Positions 53,079 through 64,000 of a stretch of DNA of 64,000 nucleotides are shown one piece after another; position 1 is the first letter of the stretch, and every line of letters starts with the position of its first letter. Under the pieces are notes generated by a model. That model was not told the origin of the DNA, searched no databases, and saw only the letters and a program-made list of their open reading frames with translations. Source of the stretch: Octopus vulgaris (Eukaryota); assembly GCA_951406725.2 (NCBI GenBank), contig OX597821.1:2046001-2110000 (forward strand), read 5' to 3'. The position numbers and the translations under genes were made by a program.

Positions 53079-53984
53079 CGTGAGTGGAAGGAAATCATTG
53101 ACGGCGAAGAAAACCAAGCGAAAAACTCATTTGAGAAAGAGAGATTATATATTTTTGATCTGGAATGAAATAGGAGAATATATACATTTTTAAAGGTCCT
53201 ACCTAGCTAGATTTTATCCTGTTCGTTATATTTTTGTTTGAAGTGTAAGTTATAAAACTGAAGATGTGTTTACATGTTAGTATTTTTTAAAACACTCGAG
53301 ATTTTGGTAAGCGTGCGTTTGTTTATATAAGAATGCAGGCGTATGCGTGTATATTTGGTTATGTGTTTGTTTTACTTGAGTGTATATATTTCTATGTTGA
53401 TGTGTGCTTAATATCTTACTGTATGAAAGTGAATGATACGTAAGTCTACTTTCGTTTAAGTATTAGTTTAAAACTTGAAGAAACATTAGAACATGCATAC
53501 ATATATCCGTGTAAACATGAAAATATGTGTATATGTTTGCGTGTGTGTTTGTGTATATACAAGTGTGACTGGATTGATAGGAGTGTTTTGTATTGGAGTC
53601 ATAACGGATTTTCAATGAGTTGTTATATACTTGTTATATATTTATTATTTTAAATGCATCTAATGTTTAAGATACGAAGTCATAGAACTCATTCGATCCA
53701 CTTTCGGATTCCCTCACTCCCTTCCTCTCTATCTCTTTCTCTCTCTCTCTCTCATATAGCACGACGCCCAACGCAGGCACCACCATGCACACGAATGTAT
53801 GCCGTGGAACTTACCAAAACGCACATACACCAACATAGATAAAGACTATATTCATGCAAACACACACAAGCAACCGAAAACACGAACACACATACATATG
53901 ACGCTAGATTGATAGAAACGTACCTACATATAAAAATATTAGAGCGCATATACATATATGTATGAGTATATATATGTATGCATG

Positions 53985-54024
<40 letters not shown>

Positions 54025-54071
54025 TATATACATATACATCTATACGCATCCCCCCACACTTATATGTATAT

Positions 54072-54233
54072 AGGCGCCAGGGTAGCTGGGTGGTAAGAAG
54101 CTTGCTTCCCAACCACATGTGTCTGGCTTCAATCCCACTGAGTGGCACCTTGGGCGGGTGTCTTCTACTATAGCCCCGGGTCGACCAAAGCCTCGTCAGT
54201 GGATTTGGTAGATGGAAACTGAAAGAAGCTCGT

Positions 54234-54275
<42 letters not shown>

Positions 54276-54289
54276 TATAGATATAAATA

Positions 54290-54358
<69 letters not shown>

Positions 54359-54439
54359 GTAAGTCCTGGGGTTAATTAGTTCGACTAAAGGAGCTGCGAT
54401 AGCATGGCCGCAGTCAAATGGCTCAAACAAGGAAAAGAA
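54072..54439 (+). mobile_element. SINE family A, internally deleted with expanded (TA)n
   Basis: Head at 54072-54236 and tail at 54355-54439. Confidence 0.8.
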
Positions 54440-54486
54440 TATATATATATATTTTTGTTGTTGTCTTACCATATCTCTTCAAAATT

Positions 54487-54573
<87 letters not shown>

Positions 54574-54711
54574 TTTGATAGAAATGGTAAGACAACAACA
54601 AAAAATGAAAGAGACCTCGATATGATGTAAATAGAGGAATTTATCTGTAAATATAATATGTGACAATTATACGGTAGCCATGAGGGCCATTTTCATTTTT
54701 TCCGATGGATC

Positions 54712-54771
54712 GATAACTGAATTGATGCCGGCGTGGGTTTCCGCCACGAATCAAACACTCGGAGTTTTATC
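54712..54771 (+). ncRNA. Decayed copy of the 13675 hammerhead family
   Basis: GATAA-CTGAatt...aaac-ACTCGGAGT-T-TTATC, followed by the same downstream tail as 13736-13765. An inverted copy of the tail lies at ~54649-54683. Confidence 0.55.
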
Positions 54772-54813
54772 ATAGCTACCGAATAATTGTTGCATATCAT
54801 ATTTACATATATG

Positions 54814-54854
<41 letters not shown>

Positions 54855-54964
54855 ATTTGTGTGTGTGTGTGTGTATGTACGTGTGTGTATATATATATAT
54901 GCATGTATACACACACATATACACACTCCGAGGAAGACAGAATGGATTATTACATCCATGCATT

Positions 54965-55191
<227 letters not shown>

Positions 55192-55492
55192 GCATATCTG
55201 TATACGCAATTTAAACTTGAACTTGCGCAAATAAACAAAAACGCATAAAAGCATATATATATATATACATATATAGGTATATATATATATATATATAATG
55301 TATATATATATATACATATATATGTATATATATATATAATGTATATATACATATATATGTACATATATATATATATATGTATATAATGTGTATGTATATA
55401 TGTATATATATGTATGTATATATATTGAAATATCTAATTGATACAGATATGTGCATTAATTATTTATGTTTAATATATACACATAAAATTCC

Positions 55493-55537
<45 letters not shown>

Positions 55538-55955
55538 TGTGTACATGCTTGTGTGCGTGTGTCTCCGAACGTATACGCGGATGTATTCGTATATATGTGT
55601 GTTGTGAGATGGCGAAGCAACCGGAACATAACCCTTTGTGAATGTTCAGATTTTATCTGAAGTTTGCCAAAAATAATGTCTAAAAGTAATTGGATTCTCA
55701 CTAGGGACAATCAGAAATATTTTGATCACCCATGCATAATATCATAGGATTGAAAAGAAGCATGGAAATCAGTGAACGTTCACTCTAACACACATGGCAC
55801 TGTTAGGTTTAATTCTGTTAATGTGGTTAGGCGCAATATGGGGAGTATTTGCGAACGGGGTGTCCACTCGATGTCAGCTATTTATCTCCATCTTTATTAT
55901 TTATAATATTCATACGTACATATATGTATGCATACATACACACACACATAAACAA

Positions 55956-56005
<50 letters not shown>

Positions 56006-56119
56006 ATCAATATAGATATACACATACATACATATATATATATACGAATATATACATATAATAAATATTTACCTATATATACATACATATACACATACAT
56101 ATATATGATACGTACATTC

Positions 56120-56247
56120 ATATATATGTTAGCGCGTACATATGTATGTTCTACACACACACACATATATGTGTGTGTGTAGAAGAAACATATATATATA
56201 TATACATACAAGATATATATATATCTTATGGAGTCAATATATATTCG

Positions 56248-56293
<46 letters not shown>

Positions 56294-56413
56294 CGAATAT
56301 ATATTGACTCCATAAGGATATATATATATATCTTGTATGTATATATATATATATGTTTCTTCTACACACACACATATATGTGTGTGTGTGTAGAACATAC
56401 ATATGTACGCGCT

Positions 56414-56424
<11 letters not shown>
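56120..56424. repeat. Near-perfect palindrome centred on a (TA)n tract
   Basis: GTTAGCGCGTAC...GGAGTCAATATATATTCGTCTGTG-(TA)n-CACAGACGAATATATATTGACTCC...GTACGCGCTAAC. Confidence 0.9.
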
Positions 56425-56451
<27 letters not shown>

Positions 56452-56882
56452 CATATACATATATATACGTTTGTGTATATATACAAACATATATATATAT
56501 ATATAAATTAGAAAAAAAAAACGCCTTTTATCAATATAATAATTAATAAATAAATTATAATAACTAAAACGTATATACGTTTTATTTATTATTTTGTACA
56601 TTACATATTCGTCGGTATATTATTGTTTTTTTATATTTAATATTTCTATTATATGTATTTTTCTAGATGGTGTAATTTAATTGTTCATTTTGAATTGATA
56701 AAAGGTATTTTTTTCTAATTTTTTTACATGTATTATATTTTGTGAATTTTGATTTAGTATATCAAAATTGAATTTTTCCCTGTAAGTTAGGAATAATATT
56801 CCTTCAAATTGTTATATATATATATATATATATATATAAATACATATACTTATATGTATATATATATATGTATGTATATATT

Positions 56883-56947
<65 letters not shown>

Positions 56948-57728
56948 GTGTCTGTGTGTCTATTTATGCGACTGTATAAGTGTATTCCTGTATGTATGTA
57001 CTTATTTTAAACAAATTCTTCAACACATTTGAGAAGCCTACTCGTCTATTAAGGCAAGAGATGCTAGAATAACATTTCTGTAAGGTAAGGTGAAGGATGT
57101 GTAATTCTGAGCCCATCTGTAAATTTCTATTGAAATTATACAGTTACAATTAATAACGAAGCGCTGTGCACACCGAATTAATCGAACAACAAAACGTTCA
57201 TATCTGTTACAGATATTTATCATAAGAAAAGCATATACGTAGTTCTGTCAGCATAGTTGTATGGATTTCATTTAAAATGTCAGTTGATATAACCACCACT
57301 CTTCTTACTCAATTCGCAGTTTTGAGTTATTTGAGGTGCTTCTAGTTCTGTATGCTTTGAATTTGAGATCAACTGTTTTTGAGGGATGAATTTGTGTCGA
57401 TGCTGTACTCTGACTACGCTCACCAAAAATTGCTGATCTTGAGTGTAAATCAGAATATATTTTGCGTTTCTGCATCTTTTCTTTTTAATTGTTTTGCATG
57501 TTGGTAATTTTGCTATATCTATCAATTCCACATGTACTAAAAATAATCAGGAAGAGTTTTGCAACCATGTGGTTTTAATTTCAGCACTTCTTAGCGCACT
57601 TCACTTTGGCCAAGTGTCTCCAACAATAGCGGCAGAGTCCAACCGATGCTGTGTAACCGAGTGTGATAGGCAAAAAATGAATATGTGAATGTGTGAATCG
57701 TTGTACACACACACAAACATACACCCCC

Positions 57729-57799
<71 letters not shown>

Positions 57800-57831
57800 A
57801 CACACACATACATAAGTAAGTACATTGATGT

Positions 57832-57950
57832 AAAACAAATTGGAAAATATAGTACTCGAATACCAAAGTTAGAGTAGTATGCTTTTATTAAAGGTGCAAA
57901 CTTTCGCAAAACTAATACTAAGAGTTCCATGTTCCCGTCCTTCGGTCGAC
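57832..57950 (-). mobile_element. Decayed pLTR-like fragment of the 6753/38319 family, with an eroded HHR at ~57913-57950
   Basis: 57832-57895 resembles 38265-38325. ATACTAAGAGTTCCATGTTCCCGTC is an eroded reverse complement of GAACGGGAACGTGAAACTCTGAGTA. Confidence 0.5.
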
Positions 57951-58004
57951 TGTGTTGACGATTCATCAGAACACTTTTAAGATAATTTTGCAGCGTCAAT
58001 AAAA

Positions 58005-58055
<51 letters not shown>

Positions 58056-58196
58056 GTTTGATCAATGTATTACTCTCGATCCCCTGAGCGAATTAACACA
58101 TATATCAGGTTTTCCGGAGCGCATGGATCTAATATATGCGAAAACCTGAAATATATATATATGCACACACACACGCACATATACATATATCTATCC

Positions 58197-58265
<69 letters not shown>

Positions 58266-58271
58266 CCTATA

Positions 58272-58332
<61 letters not shown>

Positions 58333-58345
58333 GTCTGTCTCTCTG

Positions 58346-58376
<31 letters not shown>

Positions 58377-58395
58377 CTCTATCTATCTATCTTTC

Positions 58396-58451
<56 letters not shown>

Positions 58452-59288
58452 TGTGTGTGCGTGTGTGTGTGCGTGTTTGTGTGTGCCAGCATTCGCGCGC
58501 CCTTGTTTTTGTGTGTCTATATGTGTTTCTGTGAGGATGTATGAACATATCAATCAAAAAATAAAAACGACATACTGTAAAACAAAAAAACGAAAGGAAA
58601 AACAAACACACCAAAAAAGCGTAGAACAGAAATCCCTTGAAAAATGTTTCTTCGCATTTTTTTTCAACTTCATTTCTCGAAATCTATGAAACATTCAGTT
58701 AGTTTGTCATCGACATCACCAACTTCTCAAAGTAAATTTCTCCTCCATTTCAACAGACAGACCTCACGTCACAACTCGTTTATACAATTTTGTTAAACAT
58801 TATTCTGAAACGTATAAAACGTTTAACAAATCCAAACACATCTTCAAAATTCATTCTGACAAATAACCTCCTCCAAACAGCGTCATACAAGCCCCACAAA
58901 GCCGGATATGTTTCGCTCAGCTTCAATGAGCAATAGAAATCAACTACATTTATAACGATCATTAATCAGACGGTGTTTATTATGTTAGACGTTACCTGGA
59001 CTGTTGCCAGCTGACTCTTGTATTCGATATTTGAAATGTGTGTGCATTTAATTGTGTATCTGTGTGTGTGTATTTAATTGTGTATCTGTGTGTGCGTGTG
59101 TCAATAAATCTCGGTATCTGTTCTGAGTTCCTTTAAGTATGCGTTGGTATGTATGTGCTAAATCGTGCCTGTAGTTATTACGAAGTACATCAATGAGTTT
59201 AGTCATACGTCGGTGTTTACAAACATACATGTATGCACACACGCACTGGCTTACAGTTACTTATATTCATAAACACACACACACACAC

Positions 59289-59326
<38 letters not shown>

Positions 59327-59463
59327 TAGACGTCACTCGACAGCGAGTGTGACATGATAGCATGTACTATGCTTTCGCTAATTGCTCAGATGTCAATATG
59401 ATCGCCGCAAACTGACCCCGGTCTCACACTGTTAGCCTAGTGGAAAATTGAGGATTTGTCGGT

Positions 59464-59554
<91 letters not shown>

Positions 59555-59655
59555 GCAATACTGTGCCGATGCACCTTTTAGCTGCAGTAGACTGAAGTAA
59601 AAGGAATGAAATGTCTTGTTCAATCTATGTGCATGGCACGGAGAAAACTTTCGTA

Positions 59656-60109
59656 TTTACTCTCTCTTTACTCTTTTACTTGTTTCACACATTTGACTAC
59701 GGCCATGCTGGAGCACCGCCTTTAGTCGAGCAAATTGACCCCAGGACTTATTCTTTTGAAGCTTAGTACTTATTCTATCGGGCTCTTTTACCGAACCGCT
59801 AAGTTACGGGGACGTAAACACACCAGCGTCAGTTGTCAAGCGATGGTGAGGGGGACAAACACAGACACGCAAACATATACACAAACACACACAAACACAT
59901 ACACACGCACACACACACACACATATATATATGTATACATATATACGACAGGATTCTTTTAGTTTCCGTCTATCAAATCCACTCACAAGTCTTTGGTCGG
60001 CCCGAGGCTATAGTAGAAGACATTTGCCCAAGGTGTCACGCATTAGGACTGAACCCGGAACCATATGGTTGGTAAGCAAGCTACTTACCACAGAGCCACT
60101 CCTGCGCCT
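59656..60109 (-). mobile_element. SINE family A
   Basis: Full-length reverse-complement match. Confidence 0.9.
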
Positions 60110-60348
60110 ATTTGAAGTGAATTACTTGACGTTTCTCTCATAGATGGTACTTAGATGTCTTAAAGTACTGCAACTTTACTCAGATCGTTGAATTTGCTTT
60201 ATAATCATAAAGTGGCGAATACATTATTACGAACTTTCGTCTTTTCGGTGTCGATAAATTAAGTACCAGTTGCATACTGGTGTCGATGTAATCGAGTAGT
60301 TCCCTCCATAAAATTTGCAGCCTTCTTCGTATAGTGGAAAGGATCGTG

Positions 60349-60387
<39 letters not shown>

Positions 60388-60815
60388 ACACGTGTATAAG
60401 CAGAGATACATGCATACACGTGTATATATGCACCTAGGCGCGCGTGTCTTTGTGTGTGTGTGACCCAGTAATTAGGGACTTAGAACAGCGATCGTAATGT
60501 TGGGGTTTGATTTCTGGACTGGATTCTATATTGAGCAAGTCCGTTTAATTCACTTTGCACCCATTTATGTAGCGCTAGTGCGGTGATCTCAGCCTCTGGT
60601 ATCAGTGGCGTCAATCTTTGCACGTGACTATATAGACACCTAGAAATGTTAGTAACATGTGGTAGACTCTACAAAACTCTACTTGCATGTGTTGGACAAT
60701 TATAGTTATATTAGTGCTATATATATATATATATATAACAAAGTAAAGTTGTAAGATACCGCACGGGTGGAAATATATATGAAGGAAGGTTTGATAATGC
60801 AATTTTAAAGATGTT

Positions 60816-60867
60816 CATTCACTTGACCGGTTTCACTTTTTTAGAAAAAGATTGTCAAAAGTAAAAT
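60816..60867 (-). ncRNA. Decayed hammerhead ribozyme
   Basis: Minus strand: TTTACTT-tTGACaA-tCTTTTT cta AAAAAGt-GAA-ACCGGT-C-AAGTGAA. Stems intact, two core transitions. Confidence 0.55.
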
Positions 60868-61327
60868 GTAAGGCTTTGTATAAGCTTTGTTGTGTTAAGT
60901 ACCGGTTGTCACAAAAGTATTAAAATACATATATAAATTCTTTGATAGTAATACGAAAATGTTAAAAACAGTTCACAAGAAAGTATTTAAGAAAATATTC
61001 AACAAAAACGTTTTTGGGACTTCAATATAAATCATGTTTGTTTGGTAGTATATATATACACAGAAGGAGATATGTTTAAGAAATTACAAAAAATTGGAGA
61101 GAAACCAACCTGAGTTTTGGGCATTTTTTTCTATTTTGTGTGTAGCTAAGGAATGCTTGCTATGTTAAGGGACAGTGTGGGAGGTCGGTTGGGGTGGGGA
61201 TATATACATATATACATACATATATACTTACACATATATATATATAAATATATATATATATGAATGTATCGCTCCATCCTTCTCTTTATTTTTCCTTTCC
61301 TTTTTCTTCCTCACTATATATATATTC

Positions 61328-61496
61328 TTTTCTTTTATTCTTTTAGTTGCTTCAGTCATTTGACTGCGGCCATGCTGGAACACTGCCTTCAGTCGGGCAA
61401 GTCGACCCCAGCACTTATTCTTTGTAAGCCTAGTACTTGTTTTATCCGTGTCTTTTGCCGAATCGCTAAAGTAATGGGGACATAAACACACCAGCA
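61328..61496 (-). mobile_element. SINE family A, 3' half
   Basis: CAGTCATTTGACTGCGGCCATGCTGG...AAACACACCAGCAT. Confidence 0.8.
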
Positions 61497-62135
61497 TATA
61501 TCCCTTTCGCTCTTTTACCCGTCTCATCCTTTCTCTACTTCTTTATTCACCCCTCTTTCTCTCCCTCTTCCTCCTTTACCCTCTCGTTGCTCACACGTGA
61601 CCATCGTCCATCTTTTTTCCACACGTTTTCATCTTTCTTTTCTTCCGGTCTTTTGCAGAGACCAGACGTATCTTGTCCGTCTCCCCTCCTATCTTTTCTC
61701 CTGCCAAAGAACGTTCCACAACGTTCGCCACCTTGCCCCGTCTGACTTAGCAGCCCTCACTATTTGTTTCACAGTCCTGTTTTTGTTACCAGCTTTGACC
61801 TTCCTCAAAGTCCCAAATCTTACTTTGGTTTGCAGGAGCAACTGTTTCCTCGGAGGCACATATTGTCGTGAATTGCTCGAAATGTGGAGTAGAGAAACAG
61901 CCGACATATGATGAAGGGTCGTTCGTTATGGTACTTGCCTTGTTTTCCATTTCTTTCTCTCATTCTTCACAAAAAAGTTGGTCTTCGCATTTCATGTTGC
62001 TTTTCGTATTTCATTTTGTTTACATTTGTGACGTCCTGTATGCATGTACATATTTATGCATATACATATATGTATATATGCCTATATATATATTTTATTT
62101 ATATTATATATATACATATATATATACATACATAT

Positions 62136-62223
<88 letters not shown>

Positions 62224-62872
62224 TATGTATTCCATGAAAGGAGTCCTTGTCATAGAAAGCAAATATTTCCCCGGCAAAAAACACAACTCAAACTATGATA
62301 AACAACCAGAATTACACAATGGAACAATAACATATCCATCATAGATTTGGTGAACAACATAAAACACAAAACGCCATATAAATTAACATTAGTTGTCATT
62401 GTGGAGTTTTATCCGTCTATCGGAAAAAATTATTATTCAAAACACTGGACTTTGCCAAGAAGTTCATAGTAATCAATCATCGATCACCAAATGGACTTCA
62501 TTATGTATGCAAAACCCCCCTTCTATTTGGCGACAGTAGCTCAGGCTTGGTGATAAGAAATGATGTCTTAAAAGTGAAATAATTTGTGTACCATAATAAG
62601 TATTAAGGAGGTTATACATGCTGGAACGAATACACAAATTGTCAGCGACATAAAACATAGGAACGATGGGAGAACTAGTTCGCAAAACATGAGACCTATG
62701 AACTTTATAAATTTAGGAGAAGCCAACAAAAGTTATTCAAATAATTCCATCACAAATAAACAACTGAAACCATGGGAGGAATTACTCTTACATAGAATGT
62801 AAATTATTTCGTACTCACATACATATATCTACATATATATAATGGAATAATTATTGTGAAGCATTGCGTAGA

Positions 62873-63189
62873 ATATATTGTATAAAGATCGTAGGTACGG
62901 CCAAAACAGTATGAAGTAAATGCAAAGTAAATCATAAGAAAGCAAATATGTGAATTAATGTAGGTTTACCTTGTATTCAAGAATTTCGGGGTATTGACGA
63001 ATGTTGGCGATGTGCTCATACACACAGGCACATCGGCAACATTCATCAATACTTTGAAAATGGGGTTATACCCCGAAATTCTTGAATACAAGGTAAGCCT
63101 ACATTAATTTACATATTTGCTTTCTTGTGATTTGCCTTGCATTTACTTCGCATAGTTTTGGCCTTACCCACGATCTTTATACAATATAT
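62873..63189. mobile_element. Fold-back PLE-like element: ~120-bp inverted arms, each starting with the 3' half of an HHR
   Basis: 62873-62994 is the reverse complement of 63068-63189. The inner ends read CCCC-GAA-ATTCTTGAAT-A-CAAGG. The spacer holds a nested ~25-bp hairpin (62991-63052). Confidence 0.7.
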
Positions 63190-63235
63190 ATATATATATT
63201 GTCTATTCGTTCCAGCATGTATAATCTCCTTTACA

Positions 63236-63620
63236 AGCGCAGGAGTGGCTGTGTGGTAAGTGGCTTGTTTACCAACCACATCGTTCCTGGTTCAGTCTCA
63301 CTGCGTGGCACCTTGGGCAAGTGTCTTCTATTATAGCCTCGGGCATTGTGAGTTGATTTGGTAGACGGAAATTGAAAGAAGCCCGTCGTATATATGTATA
63401 CATATATATGCGTGTGTGTGTTTGTGCATCTGTGTTTGTCATTGCTTGACAACCGATGCTGGTGTGTTTATGTCCCCGTTACTTAGCGCTTCGGCAAAAG
63501 AGACCGATAGAATAAGTACTGGGTTACAAAAGAATAAGTCCCGGGGTCGAGTTGCTCGATTAAAGGCGGTGCTCCAGTATAGCCGCAGTGAAATGACTGC
63601 AACAAGTAAATTAGTAAAAG
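63236..63620 (+). mobile_element. SINE family A
   Basis: Full-length match. Confidence 0.9.
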
Positions 63621-63621
63621 C

Positions 63622-63659
<38 letters not shown>

Positions 63660-63745
63660 GTATATCTTTTCTCCTGCCACATATATATATACACATATAC
63701 ACATATATACATATACACACATATATATATATACACACATGTACG

Positions 63746-63785
<40 letters not shown>

Positions 63786-63872
63786 TGTAGGTCCCGGGTT
63801 GATTCGGGGTTAACCACAGTAAGTAAGGTACTCAATACATAGCAGAGTAAAATTAATTTATTATATAGAAGG

Positions 63873-63923
63873 AGCTTCTACAGGACTAGTACTGTTTCAT
63901 TCAAGAGAAATCTTCAGGAAGCT
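63873..63923 (-). ncRNA. Hammerhead-like motif with interrupted stem I
   Basis: Minus strand: AGCTTC-CTGAAGA-tTTC tctt GAAt-GAA-ACAGTACTAGT-C-ctgta GAAGCT. The tail runs to (TA)n at ~63787. Confidence 0.55.
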
Positions 63924-64000
63924 ATTTAACAAGAATTGTATTAGCATTTATACATTTAGGCAGGTTTAAAGGAGTGGTGGTGGGGGACTTTTTTGGGGGT

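Noticed and set aside
52870-53312. GA-rich tract followed by GTAAG donor-like sites, a possible promoter or first exon
   Set aside because: Only generic motifs. Cannot be supported without transcript data.
58900-58940. Minus-strand GCTCA/TGAGC hairpin followed by GAAACATATC
   Set aside because: No CUGANGA box and no stem I.

Overview
AT-rich, microsatellite-saturated animal DNA. The SINE families and the (TA)n/(ATCT)n/(CA)n density suggest an octopus or other coleoid cephalopod intron or intergenic region (inference). No host protein-coding gene can be supported, and almost all ORF-track entries are translated microsatellites or SINEs. Recognisable content: one 5'-truncated Penelope-like element (PLE; RT + Cys linker + GIY-YIG, 4570-5682, ribozyme in its 3' UTR), three R4/Dong-type RLE LINE remnants (one inside (TAA)n), two mariner remnants, hAT and other MITEs, and three tRNA-type SINE families. 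The main hidden signal, read by eye on both strands, is about 19 intact, decayed or half minimal type I hammerhead ribozyme (HHR) motifs. They belong to roughly 15 unrelated short elements, most abutting (TA)n tracts. Each family has its own palindromic, essentially loop-less stem III, implying dimer-dependent cleavage. Several elements fold back at or next to the ribozyme into 110-170 bp inverted repeats, and one (48441-48965) has the terminal direct repeat and ~432-nt period expected of a retrozyme or circular-RNA-derived element. All coordinates and base pairings were derived manually and may be off by a few bases.
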